DNA of 62,876 nucleotides, the filler included, from Sphacelaria rigidula (taxonomy: Eukaryota): the NCBI GenBank assembly GCA_964200075.2. It is 7 parts of 7 records of this genome, joined end to end, with 100 filler letters (N's around TTAATTAATTAA, not from the genome) between each part and the next. Parts side by side here need not be neighbours in the genome. Positions count along the whole stretch, not along the records: positions 8,999 to 17,896 come from CAXNAA020009805.1; positions 17,997 to 26,893 come from CAXNAA020009806.1; 5 more parts are not named here. The stretch is one strand, 5' to 3'. Each line of letters opens with the position of its first letter. Within the stretch, counting starts at the first letter, position 1. The translations under genes were made by a program, and so were the position numbers. The notes beneath the pieces are model-generated. The model had not been told where the DNA came from and did not search any database. It worked only from the letters and a program-made list of their open reading frames with translations. This document shows, piece by piece, positions 11,938-25,222 of the stretch.

Positions 11938-14809
11938 GAGGCGTACTGTGAGAGTGGAGATTTTCTCGAAGATTCGTTCTAATGCCATATCTTCGCCTTT
12001 TTCTCGCATGTAGGAACAAGCGCGATCTAATTTGAGGCGCGGAACGATATTTGTGGGATCAAGAAAAAGTTGTGCGGGCACCACCGGAAAGCACAGGGTC
12101 GCAGCTACCCGAAAACGTTCGGTCACACACGTTATGTCCCGGTGATGAAGGACATCAGAAGAAGCCTCAAGACAGAACTCCCGTGATGGTGAACTGCAGC
12201 ATTTCAGGGCCGATTTTGCCAACCCTAACAGATTCTCAGTGAAATCGCGTGGGAAAAATCATCCTCGAAACCCCCAAACGCTCGTGGGTTCTAGAGGCAT
12301 ACGAGAGGACGCAGTAGGAATTCGATCGCATGTTGGATTGCCACATGGTCAGACAGAGCTCTGGGGCTTATTGTTCCTTGTGCAGAAGCATTTATTTTAC
12401 CAAGTGGCATGCCATTGTTCGCTGGAAAGCTCGTGACCCGAACAGCAGAGATGCAGCATTTCGCCATGAAAATATGGAAATGCTGGACTATCAACAGTTC
12501 TGCCCGACTACACACAAGTCAATGAATCGGCGCCAGGCTAATGGCCGCTAGTGCGCATGGTATATTAGCGTTTGGTGTATTCTCACCAATTATTTGAGAC
12601 GTAGCGTTCCGGATATGTTTCAATTATCGACGTGAAAACGACGTAGACGTTGCATTTTAGCGGAAACCGTCATCGCTCGTTTAAACTTCGATACAGTTTT
12701 GGTCCTCTGCCCATGACATGTGCTCAGTCGCGGACGTCTCTTCGTTCGACGTTGAAGGTTTTCGACCTATTGTTATGATTGCTTAACATGTGCGCACTGT
12801 TCCCCTTCACCTGTGCACTATGCCGCTTATCTACGCGTTCACGTTCGCCAAGCATCGACATCACCGAGTAAAGGCACTTCTACCATCACGAATTATTGCA
12901 CCTGATTCGATATTGCACCTGATCACATACGTACGAGATCGCACAAACGCGGATATTTCATGCCTGTGGCATCCCGAAATATTTTCCCTTTGAACCAAGG
13001 AACCTAGCCCTACGGCAGTCAGTTGAGGTCGTCCTGAAGCAATCCAATTCTAAACAACAGTTGATGTGCTATCCAGTGTGATTGCTGATAGCTTGCAGCC
13101 ACAGCATTCTATTGTACCTGACATGCAGGTTAAAATAACCGTGTACACAGCAACTATGCGCCATCACTTACGCAGCTACTAATATACCTGCAGTTGAATT
13201 GTTGCTCTTTCTTCTCGCCTTCTCCTGTCTTGGGCAGGAAGTTCGATCTATAGTGGGACGCTCGGCGGGACAAAAGGCCGTTCCAAATAGTTGATAGGGT
13301 CATACCAGCACTCGGTCGCTGTGCCCCTGTTTGCACTCCAATTCGCAAGTTTGCCTTCTCAGGAATCCACTCACTGACCCTCCGTGGTCAATGTTTCCTC
13401 GTGAGAGGTGCGGTTGGTTTCTTGTCATGGCCTGAGAGACGTGCATTGCTTTCAATGTGTCACAATATGCGTAAGTCCTCCATCTCCTGGGGACAACATT
13501 CCGGAGTATCGAGGGATCAAACCCATCTCTTACCCCGCTACGACTTGAATGAATTGAGAAATTCGTACGCGAACTAAGTACGGCCAAAGGATGCCTATGC
13601 TATTCCTGGGCGTGTAAACCAAATCGTCCATTGTCATGAGTGTCATCGTTTCGAGGGGTGCCTCTGACAGAGAGCGGCGGGACTGAACCAGAGTCGCATG
13701 CAGCTGGATCGGGGGGTCATGATGATTGGATGTCATTTCTTACGTACCCGAACTCTAGTAAAAACATTGTGTCCATTTATGTAGGGAAAATGTGGGCATG
13801 GAGACAAGAGCAACATTGTGCACGGCTCGAAACGAATGCTGATGGTGTTCACAGTGGTCGATGTTACGGTTTGTACAAATCGATCCCAGCCCCATAACCC
13901 CCCGCTCGATTGTGGAGAGTGGCAGTGTTGACGAACCCATGCTTCCACGCTGGCAAGAGTTACCCATGCCTTTCGTCGACTCTCTTCATATGGATCAAAG
14001 CAAACTCCACTGTTTTACCCTCCGAGGTATTTTTCAGCGCGATCCAACTATTTGTACCGGCGACAGGCATGTGCGCCCACCAACGTGCCAGCACACTATG
14101 AAGAACGTATGTCGAAAGATTGGTAACGCCGGTGCCCTAGTTCGCCACGTGCTCCCAAGGTTGTAAACTGCCTGGCGGAGGCGTAGCGATTTTGCATGAA
14201 CGAACGTTACTATGAACTCGGAACCTATAATGGGGCACTGCAAGGCGGCGTATATTTGGCACAACCAATCATCCGATGTGCTCCATGGATGTGTTGAACA
14301 GCAGATTAACATCGGGGGGGTGTCTTCTCTGAAAGATTGGCCAGCAAGAATCGGCGGAAGAATTACGGGAACATATTGTGATGGGCCCACGCCATTTTAG
14401 TTCATTGTTCCTGTACGTCCTGACCTCAGATTTGCCTAGTGCAACGGCACGGTTGAAAATGTGATATCCGATTTTTTTCATCGTTAATAGTGCTAGCAGT
14501 TGACGTATAAATCGAAAAAAGCTCCAACGGTTGCAACATTCATAGTTGGAAACGTGTTCTCGTCGCCTTGAAGCTTGCCCCGGCTCCAACAGACGCTTAC
14601 GCTCGACACCCGATACCTTCAGGGGTAGGCACAGTCTACCACATTACATCATACTTGTTTTGCAAGTAGATTTTGTGCGACGGCAGAAGCCAATCGCATG
14701 CAGGAAGCCCATCACAACGCATATAGTAAAATAGGACATTTAAAGTGCCATGTATATTCAATTCGAACAATGCTCCTTGCGCTTTCGTCCCCCCTCGCCG
14801 ACCTTGCGC

Positions 14810-15340
14810 CTCAGTGAAAGTGTTTTCGTGTTCCTGAACGATACGGCAACTGGAATCGTGTCCACGGGGATTCAGGTGTCCTATAGTTGCATCACCAGCC
14901 AATCGAGCAGCCATTTCTTCAATTACGTGGTAAGTGCTTAGCCCGATGAGGCCGTGGAGTATTGAGACAGAATGTTAGCAGTCTGTTTGCCGTTTGTGCC
15001 TACACATTGATCAGGGCGATTCCAGCCCCCCCCAAAAACGACTAAAACATGTCTACTTCTAAACTCAAACTGGTCGTTCTGGACATTAACCGTATGCAAG
15101 GTGGTACGGTCAACGTATATCACTCGTCTCGAGGTTGTATATCTAACTACTGCGTGCCATTGTCGCTTCTTGACCGTCGACCCATTCATCGCCAGGAGTG
15201 GCCATCTGTTGACTTGCACCCGTATCAGCTGCGAACTGAGCGTGAGACAACATGATTCATTCCTGCGATCAATGCTTTGAAAGCACAGGTGCCAGCAGCA
15301 GCTCCAACGAGGCAATTGCCGAAGATAATATCCCTGTCGG
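14810..15340 (+). pseudogene. Decayed Ulp1/SENP-like (C48) cysteine protease domain, probably transposon cargo
   Basis: FLNDTA (cf. WLNDE), SSHFFNY (cf. NSFFY), LKHVYF...LVVLDI...TVNVYHS (cf. HW.L.V.D...YDS) and CQQQLQRGNC (cf. PQQ.N..DCG), in the correct order with stops and frameshifts. Confidence 0.45.
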
Positions 15341-16371
15341 CAATCACACAAGCTGATGCAATTGAAGTTGGTTTCGACTGAGTTTACTGGCCGAGCGTGC
15401 ATATATGCGACTGAACAATGTCGAAGGACTCAACGCTGTACTTACCAGGGCGAGTCGTCGGTTGAATCGCGTGTATCCCAGACCTCCCCCCACCTGGTCG
15501 GAGAGTGGGTCGCTTGGCCCATAACAATTGCACTTCAGTCCAGACTGATGCAACACCCTGCGTATTCCGCTCTATGCGTTTCTACTCTTAGTGTCGATAT
15601 CCCATACTATTCGCAGTCGAAGGGTTACTTCGTATCTCAAAGGGTCAAGTCGCTCAGTATTGGTGAAGAACGTGCCGGTATGCTCGGCCAGCGGGTGATG
15701 CCGAACCCCCTCCAATGCATCAGCTCCAATGCATCAGCTGCCGTGATAAGCTGCAGGAATACTTCAAAAACTGTATTGTTCGAGTAGTCGCACTTTTTCA
15801 TCGCCTCGTCACAGCTGTTAATACCCGTGCCTTTGGCGTTATACTCGCTGTGCGTCCAACCGTTGTCGCATCCGTTTGTAACCATTGCTGGCTGGAGAGA
15901 GTAGTCGTTCATAGGGAGGACCGATCGCGCGGTCAACATTCCATCCGATGACTACTGTTGACGGATAGGATGGAATGAAACGGTTTTCCCGGATCCACAG
16001 AGCCTTCATCTAAGCGTGGTCAATATTGATGCTGAAAAAAGCAGCGCAAACCGGTTAAACTCGTCACCGAGGGCATATTTACTGCTTCCGACCTTGACGG
16101 TATTCCCAGTAGCGTCTATCTCGACTACACCTCACGCCTAATGGAGCAGGTCGTGGCAAGTTGTATGGGCGACACAAGCATTTACTGGTAACAGCACGGA
16201 CAGCGACGATGTTCCCTCGTGGCAGATTCTATGATCGTGCTAACAAAGAAATATGATGGTGGGATAATTCGTCTAGACAGCGAACACACAAGGGGTACAT
16301 TGTACGAACTTCAAGTTCGGGCTGATGCTCAAAACCACATTTTAGAATCTTAATTTTATAATTTACCCACA

Positions 16372-16700
16372 GCCGGTCGCCCCGGTGGCTCAGTTGGTAA
16401 CCTCGAAACCTTCTGGCGGTTCGGTCGTGGGTTCAACTGTCGGAGCGATCTGGGATTTCTTCTCGCACCATGCCCAACAGTGGAGAGCGACTATATCGTG
16501 GGTACACAAAATACGACTTGACGATCGACGAGGCAAGCACCGCAGAAGGAAGGTGGTGTATTAAAAACAAATGAAAAATAAAAAGCTCTTGTGTTGACCT
16601 TCCTTTGTGACCCCGTCTGGTGCGCCCACATATACCGAAAGGTGCAGACTGGCGTCCAGAATAGAAGGGACGATAACACACACACACACACACACCCACA
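16372..16700 (+). mobile_element. Full-length tRNA-derived SINE
   Basis: Box A TGGCTCAGTTGG (16386-16397), box B-like GGTTCAACT (16430-16438), body shared with two other copies, (CA)n tail, flanking direct repeat ACCCACA (16365-16371 / 16694-16700). Confidence 0.85.
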
Positions 16701-16724
16701 CCCGCAAGGGGGCATGAACGGATA

Positions 16725-16852
16725 AAAAAGTTCGATACGATATTTCAACGTATCGATCTCAACAATTCGATATCGACAATTGTTTCGATACGCGGAAAAT
16801 GGGCCGATACGTATCGATACTCGATACTGACACTCGATACGATACGATACGG
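16725..16852. repeat. Cluster of short CGATAC/GTATCG motifs, likely DNA transposon subterminal repeats
   Basis: About ten cgata(c/t) motifs in both orientations within 130 nt. Confidence 0.55.
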
Positions 16853-18056
16853 CTGTTTTGGTGGGGTCACAGCTTGCAAGACTTCACGGTACTACACTGT
16901 CACTAGCAACCTAACCTGGGGTGCACGCCTGATTGTATGAAGGTACAGCAGCACCAGTGTGTGATTTTTGATTTGTTGTCTGACATTATAGAAGTGGCGG
17001 CACAACACGCGGCGTGATGCTTCGGTTTGACAAAAATGGTTCATCGTGCAAGGGGCAAGTCGCAAAAGATGTAGTTGATCACAACTCGAGGTGTGATGCA
17101 CGATGAATAGTGTGTTCTTCAAGTTGGTGATATACCAAAGTATATTCCGCGGTCACTATTCCGTCATGTTTCTATCGAATTGGAGCATTTACCTTGGCTC
17201 TGTGCACTGCGAACTGCGAACGCACTCCTTATTCAATAATCGCGCCAAATGTCGAAACTGGGCGAAAAATTATGAATGCAAATGCGCGCTCGCTTTTTTC
17301 TTTCTTCACACCAAACAAGGGATTCGGCAGCAGGACCATTTTTTTTATTGTCGGCTACACAACAAAGTATACTCTCCAGACACCTAAACGCCAAAGCAAT
17401 AGAATTCCAAAGCTTGTAGAGGAAACTGGACATGATGAGAGCTGATTTCCTGTCGACCGAACGTCTCCATTTCCCGTACTTGAACATGTAGGCTTGAAGG
17501 GATGGGTTGTGCAGGAAGTCTAGAGGATCCGCTACGTTCGCGGGTAGCTCTGCTTGCCCGCTCTCTCCACTCTTGGTAAAGGGCACTGGGGCGGTCACGG
17601 GTGCAGCAGCCGCCGCCGTAGCAGACACAGATACAGACGGTTCGGCAGAAACGTCGGCCGTACAGTAGCAGACACAGATACAGACGGTTCGACAGAAACG
17701 TCGACCGCAGATTCTGCGCCGCCGCCCTTTACAAAGCCGAAAGTCTGAAGGCGGCTCATGTTGCAGACCGGTGTTGTTCGCAGCAAGTGGCTGTGGTGTG
17801 TGTGGTGTGTGGAGTGTGGTGGGTGGTGGGGTGATGAGCGGTGGAACGATGTGCTGTCTACCATCCCCCATCCCCCCCCCCCCCCAGACGGGAGAGNNNN
17901 NNNNNNNNNNNNNNNNNNNNNNNNNNNNNNNNNNNNNNNNTTAATTAATTAANNNNNNNNNNNNNNNNNNNNNNNNNNNNNNNNNNNNNNNNNNNNTGGC
18001 ATCGCCACTTCCAGAGACAGCCACGGCTTTTACACTGCCTCATGGGTGCATACCAG

Positions 18057-18914
18057 TGTAAGGAAGGGGTGGGGGGTAGGGGAGGGGGATAGAGTGAGGG
18101 CCAGCGACAACATCCTAATATTGCGGTTAGTTGAAGGTCACGATCGGTACATGTTACCTACAAAGCCATCTGTACTCGTAATTCGACCACGTGGGTCATA
18201 TCACTCTCGCATGAGTACTGATGAGGCATGTCTTTCGATAACACCTACCTTTGTAGCTAGTACAACGGTATTTTTCTTACCAGCTCTACTTTCGGTATAA
18301 TGGTGACCAATTTGCCGCGTGTCAGGTGCTATACCCAATGCCCATTACCGTCCCCGTATAATGCAGACCCGGTTTTGTAGTACCCCGTATTTCACATTCC
18401 ATTACTCACGTTCGTGAACTCCTTTGCTATTTGCTCCCCCGTAACGACATCACTCCCCGTCCTCTCTTGGACCGACGTTATGATCCCAACGTACATGCAA
18501 AGCTTGTCGTACGTGTTGAGGGGGGACAGAGTCTCGGTGACATCGTTTAAAGCTGTTCGAAGGCAGGCAGGCAGCAGCAACGCCTGCTTATTCACTGTTG
18601 TGGTATGCAGGCTGCAGGCGGCGGTGCAGTGGATTGTGTAAGGCAGGGGTGGGGGTGGGGGGGATAGAGCGAGGGACGGCGAGAACATCCTAATATCGCG
18701 GTTAGTTGAAGGTCACGATCGGTACACGTTATCTACAAAGCCACCTGTACTCGTAATTCGACCACGAATTTGGGTCATATCAGTCTCGCATGAGTACTAA
18801 TAAGCCATGTTCTTCGATAATATCTAACTTTGTAGCTAGTACAACGGTGTCTTTCTTGCGAGCTCCACTTTCGGTAGAATGGTGACCAACTTGCCGCGTG
18901 TCAGGTGCCATACC
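18057..18914 (+). repeat. Two ~280-bp direct repeats separated by ~300 bp (TRIM/LTR-like or local duplication)
   Basis: 18057-18335 and 18637-18914 both begin tgtaagg, share catcctaatat.gcggttagttgaaggtcacgatcggtaca and end gccgcgtgtcaggtgc.atacc. Confidence 0.85.
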
Positions 18915-21900
18915 GCTGAAACAATCCCACCAGTCAGGCAGGTGAAAAGACCTAAATATTCCGGTATTTGTCGACATGTGCCCCATTCTCTGATCACGCT
19001 TCGGGTGCACATGGCCACTTGCACTAAGGATCACAGGATATGTGCCGCGACATTCTGACGGTCAGGGCATGTTGAGTCGTGGTCTCGGAAAGATTGATCC
19101 AAACACGGAACAACGCCAACTTCATCGTTGCTGTCAAAACATGACCAGCCCGCCCATGCCGTCATAAACGTATTGGCATCGCCTACTCTCAAACACCCAC
19201 TTACCAGAGGAAATAGTGTGGGGAGTGCGTTTATGCCTATTACAGAGGCGGGCCGCCTCGTGTTCGCGACCTCGGTTGAACCCACGGAGCGGAGCATCGA
19301 ATCATGTGGGCATACGGGCGGCTTGACTCCAAAAAGAACGAGAGCACGTGCCGTACCAGAAACCCGGTAAACATGGGGTCGATGTATGTTTCTGACGGCT
19401 TGGTGTGTAATCGTTTCTTCACAAGAGCGTTTGCTGTGTCGAAAAACCTCGTTGAGAACGCCAAGAGGAACCCGGTGCTCCATGGGGGTCAAGAACCACG
19501 TGAGTACAGTATCTTATATATCGTTTAATCGGCTGACAGTCCAGGAACATTCGCGGGTCTCCAGATATCACGGGAGGTTATACGAACAGCCGGAGAGCTC
19601 AAGAAGTCAACCATTTGTTTTTGGAAGTAAAGATTCCGCTCGCAGTCGTTCGGGTGTACCTGGCCCTTCTCGCGTTGCCAGAATAGCTTCACACTGTCTG
19701 TAGTGTTGTTGGGAAACACGAAGCAGAGACATCAACAGCGTGCATGCAACGACGGAAACTGAAAGGTGCTCGTCGAAGACATACTGTTCCATACTATACT
19801 GACTTTGCGTGCACTTGACTGCGGGCTCAAAACCGGTCAGGGACGTTCCAGTATTATTATATCCACCTAAATAGGTGGATCCTTGTTTCCAGCATCCTTT
19901 GATCATGATTGATCCCGCGTTGTTTTTTTAACTCGGGAGTCCACATGTTTCTAATCAGCTGCCCGCCACGCATGTGTGCAAACAAAGTGAAGCCTTCACG
20001 TGTAGTACCGTGTTGCAGGCAGTTGTCAGTAACCATATCCTTTGCATCTGCATCCACTGCCATGGACGTGCAGCTGCATGTGAAGGCGGTATAGTACTGT
20101 GTTCTATTGGCAAAGCACAGCTACCTACTTTGCTCGCGAGTACAACCCGTGCTGTAACCTGGCAGAGTACAGCCTGTACCGTGATAACTGTGCAGATTAT
20201 GTATTGGACATAGATCTCATACGCAGATTCTCGGGCATGTAGTCAACCAGCCTGGTAGGAGCCAGTGCGGTTCAGTACAAAGTACCGACAGGAACGATCC
20301 GGGAACCAGTACTGTAGCCAGTGTTTAGTCTAGCCAGACCGGCTCCGCGGCTCTATATTGTAAGCTCTACAGTTGGGGTTTAGGGCTGAGATTCAGAGAG
20401 CGAAGGTTCAGATAGAGCTGTACACCAGCGGGTGACGTCTGAATGAATAACGAAAAGCACGGCGATGCAGCGCCCCACTCGGGTACGTCGTCTGCTCAAC
20501 CCATCAAGATCTCTCGTGACAATTGCCTTGCTCCGCTATAAAACGGTGCACTGCGAGGAAGCGCGCCACGGCCACACCAACACCTCACAAGTGCACAGTG
20601 CCCACGAGGGAGAGGGGAGGGGGACGGGAATCTCAAGACAGAAGAGGATAACAAGATGTTCTAATTGAAAGGGATAACGAACACGAGAAAAGAGGAAGTC
20701 ATCCGATTGAACGACAGACATCATTAACAACGCCTGTAATTTTGGCAACCACGCTCGAAGTCTTGTAGTAAGAAGGACAGATGCACAATAACGCCTTACG
20801 AAGGCAGAGAATCATGTCGACACAAGCTGACCGAAACAATTTGCGCACCCCTTTCGGACACTAATTCCCAGGCCATTCAATATGAGTACAAAACAAACGT
20901 CCAAAAGATTTGTATTTCCGCATCTTTCGTTCAAGATTTTCGAAATGCAATGTTTGAAGACCGTTTAATCCAGATTAAAGTGGTGGTACTTCCTTCCGCG
21001 GCAACAATTCCACCCGCACTTCCAAAAGCGGCATACACTTTCGACCATCAAAAAGTGATGAAGAAAAGGGGGCACCTCATACATTACGATAACGCTGCTC
21101 ATCATCGTAGCCGAATCTCTGCTAGAGTATCTCCGCCAGTAGCAATAATTGTGAATCGTACAACACACGCCACTCTTCGGCTGTAGCCATGAAAAAGCAG
21201 AGCGATGAGGCTAGTGGCAAATGTGCACTGTTGGTGCTCGGTGTAGAGTCCCCTTGTTTCGAGCTACCGAAGACTACCGAACAAGCGATGAGAGCTAGCC
21301 TGGCACGTTTCGTACCCAACATGAAATGTACACCCGCACTGCCGTAACAAATGTAACAGCAAAACAAATCACAGTACGTTAGAAGCGCTACTATCGATCT
21401 TCGCAGGCGTGAGACAAGTGTACGGTCGGTGGTACTGTAGCCCCCAGAAGGGAATTGCCGAAGCTCCTCAAAAGCTGACCGACTGCCCGTCGAAACAAAC
21501 TCATGTGCGCGTGTAGCTTGGCGGAGATGAGCCTTGGTGCTATTGCGCATGCTCTCGGAGTCCGTGCGTGCGTCGCTAGGCTGAGCAGGCTCAATTCAGG
21601 ACCAACATATTTTTGGAAATGATTTTGCTTGTGCTCCAACAAAGCGCCACGTTTTGATGTACCTTCCATTCGGCCGCAACGAAACACCACAATATTCTCT
21701 GTTACTGTGACCCAGCAAAGTATACCCAGCCAAGATTCGGCACAGCTTCCACGTTACCAATAGCTGCTGGGACCAAACCTCTTCAGAGGCACTAGCCATT
21801 ATGAGCGGGTGGTCGTGATTTTGGTAGCTGTTGGACTAATTTTGCCGACATACGTTTCCTGCCGTGCAGTCCGTATTCTTCGGGCATGCACAGCTCCATC

Positions 21901-22329
21901 GGTTACAAAAGAGCCCCCTACGCCAATAACGTGTACAAAGCAAAAGCGATTTCGTGCATTTGACCCAAAACAAAATTCCGGAGAGGTTGTGTTTTTTTAC
22001 TGGATTTTGTCCCGAAAAGTGGTTTATACGACTAAAAGTTTGTGTGTTGTACGTGTTTGTAATAACCTGTTCGTTACGAATTTTCAAGTGCCCATACGCA
22101 CTTTTTTTGTTGACATAAAGGTAAAATATAAAACCCGCGCACCGAGAATCGCTTCGCTCAAGGGTGCCAGAGGGCTCTCAGACAATAAATGAAGGCATGC
22201 CGACGTGAAATGGTCCGTTGACCTTCTTCCGTACAGCTTAGGTGAACAGAAGAGAGAGAATGCTTCGTTCTTGACTATATGTTGGTAGAGTACGGAAATA
22301 GTAAGGGAATGGGCGTACATGTACGCACA

Positions 22330-25222
22330 GAGGACGTGGGAGCTACATATTATTGCCTAGTGTGGACAGGAAGGCAACAAACGAGAGCTTTGGGACATAG
22401 GCGGGATAGGAAGTTGAACAAATGGAAAAGCGATAAACTGGAACTACAAGAGGAAACCAGCAAGAGTTTCAAGAACATATGACCGAAAATGCATTCAAAT
22501 TTTCCGAGGTATTGCAAAGCGTAGGTACAGTCATTACCAAAGTAGAAAGGGATCGGGCAGGAGCGAAGCTTATAAAAAAACGGGAGCAGTTGGTCAAGAC
22601 CACATCAAGTAAAGTCCTGGGGAAGAAACTGATATCTCTATGCAACAGAGCAGTAAAATGGTGGGATGAGGAAGTAGACGAGACTGTAAGAGTAAGGAGA
22701 GACGCCCAAGCCAGATATATATCGAGTAAAACTACAGTAGAATGAGAGGAGTACGCTGAAGCTAGAGAAAAGGTAAAAAAGATGATAGAGAGGAAAGAGA
22801 AGGGAGTATGGAAAAGTGTAGTTAACAAAACAACTGAACTTTGATGGCAGGATGAAGCAAATGTTGGTAGGAATAAAAGGGATAATGGGGAAACAGGTAT
22901 GAGAGACAGACAAGGGGCTAGCCACTCCAAGAGCACAGAGAAAAAATAGTTAGTAGTTCGAAGGGGAAGAGAAGTGCACTAGCAGAGCACTATAGAAAAA
23001 GAGGGACACCAACAAATGACGAGAGGTTCGACGCGAAACTGGAGAAAGAAATCAACGCGTGGGCAGATGCAAATGTGGAGGCATCAAAGCGGGGATACAG
23101 TGGCTCAAGTTACCTATCAGATAATGTTCACAAGAGAGGAAGTAAAGGAGTGTATAGCTGAACTCAAGAACAGAAATGCAGCAGGGGCAGACGATATAGA
23201 GGACGAATTTCTAAAGTTGCGGGAGAGGAAATGATTACCATGACTGTTAGGAAGTATAACTGGATCTGGGGAAACGAGTACCCACCCAAGAGGTGGAGCG
23301 AAGGAGTAGTAGCAGTAGACTTTTTTCAAGAAAGGAGAGACGGCTGACACAGGGAATTATAGAGAGGTAACGCTTCTGAGCACCGTGGGGAGAATAGTCT
23401 GTAAGGTTCTGAACGATAGAGTGGGAATGGTGCTAGAGAAGGAAGAAAAAAACAACAAAGGGCAAGCAGGTTTGAGAGCGAAGCGTAGCTGCGTAGACCA
23501 CGTGTACACACTAGGTAAGATTATTCAGGGTAGGAAAGACACCGGGCTGACAACGTACTGTTTCTCTCTAGACGTGCAGAAGGTCTATGACACAATATGG
23601 AAAAAGGACGTGTGGAAGAAAAAATGGAAAACTGGCATTAGAGGGAAAGTACGGAGACTAGTGAAGACGGCAGAATGTGCGAAAAGTGCTCTAAAGATGA
23701 TGCTAGACGGGGAAATATCGATGTTTTGATACTTTACGACGAGTTGCACAACGGTGTACGTTATCACCCACTTTTTCCAGGGTATTCATAATGGTCTGAG
23801 AAGAACAATAGAAGTAGCTAAACAAGGAGTCAAGGTGGGGCAAGATACGGCATCGGGATTGATGTTCACAGATGATGTCGTGGGGATATCAGAAAGACTA
23901 GGGGCATTGCAGCAGCAAAAAAAAGGGCCTAGAATACACAAGGAAATGGAGAGTAGCAGTAAATAAATACGCGGTACCACTATGTACAGAGAACAAGAAA
24001 AATCCGGTAGAGTTCAAATGGAAGTGGGGAGAACAGGAGTTGCTGGTCGTAGACTAGTCTACATACCTTGGCGTGGAGATATCGAAAATATGTTCCTAGG
24101 ACGCACACAGAAATATAGTAGTAGAAAAAGTTAACGTACAGATGGGTAAGATGGACGTGATCCTAAGAGATTCGCATCTAGATTATAGGATTAAGAGATG
24201 TATCCTGATGAACGTGATCGTACCAAAGCTGGAATATGCAGGAGAAGTAGGGGAGGGGAACGTGAAGTTGGTGTAGGAATTCAAAACAGTACAGGTGGCA
24301 GCAGCTAAGAAAGTACTCAGACGCTCAAAAACGACGAGTAATACAGCATAAAGAACATAATTGGGAAATGTACGCACTTGAAACAAATAGGGGAATGAGA
24401 AAATTGGAATAACAACATACCGTAAAGAACATGCGAACGACGAAATTGCGAGCAATAGTTGATGGGGTTGTACAGAAGATATGACGAAAGGGCAGGCTGG
24501 GATAACGTGGGAGAGCGCAGTTGAGAAAGTATGGGAGGACATGAGAGGAAATCAGGACGAGATAAAGTCCATAGGTGAACGTGAGGGGTGTAAAACCAAA
24601 GTAAGAGACAGCATACGAGTTGAGGGAAAATAAGCGCCAAGACGGGAGTAGACGAGGAAGAGCACATGAAGATATACCCCGGGTTGGGAAAGGGGATAGG
24701 AAAGAAAAAATATATCTGCACGGCTCAATGGACTCCGCGAAAAAATTGAAAGTGCGGTTTCGGGTGGGGGACCTGGACCTTCCAGTAAGAACAAGGTATA
24801 CACCAGTAGTCGGATGGAGGAGGGACTTGATGCACAGAATTGCGCCCGTGGCAAAGCAATAGAGAGTCAAAGTCATTTAGTGACAGAATGTGAACTATAC
24901 AAAGAGGAACGGGATGTATTAAGGGGGAATGTGGGAAGGACATGAAGGTGGCATGAACTCGTTTGATGCATTAGAGAGTAGCGAAAAAAGGATGGATATA
25001 CTATCCGTAGGAGATAGATGGTGGGCAGAGACGACGAAACAGGAACGGGATATGAAGGTAAAAGGTTTTTGTGTAATGTATGGAAGAAACGTAATGAGCG
25101 CCCAAATGTTGAGGATGTCTCTATTAGGAGTGGGTAAGGTGCTCCGTCTCGAAAGGGATGCGTGGCCAATGGTCAAACGACTAAGGTAAGCAACAAATGA
25201 GTACGCCCGCCTCCCCCCCCCC
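22330..25222 (+). mobile_element. Decayed RTE-like non-LTR retrotransposon (RT plus C-terminal Zn-knuckle remnant) with poly(C) 3' tail
   Basis: RT motifs KNRNAAGADDI..EFLK, QAGLRAKRSCVDHVYTL, LDVQKVYDTIW, GLMFTDD, YLGVEI and VIVPKLEYAGEV; C-terminal C..G..ES..H...EC. Many stops and frameshifts. The 3' module at 25139-25205 is followed by a C-run. Confidence 0.93.

Noticed and set aside
16372-16445. Possible tRNA gene
   Set aside because: No complete cloverleaf; it is the head of a multi-copy SINE.
17233-17871. 212-aa minus-strand ORF
   Set aside because: Largely low-complexity with a 48-bp duplication; no recognisable domain or clear splice structure. May contain a real exon but is unsupported.
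19300-19500. LVCNRFFTRAFAVS, similar to N-terminal motifs of some DNA transposases
   Set aside because: A single short motif with no catalytic domain nearby.
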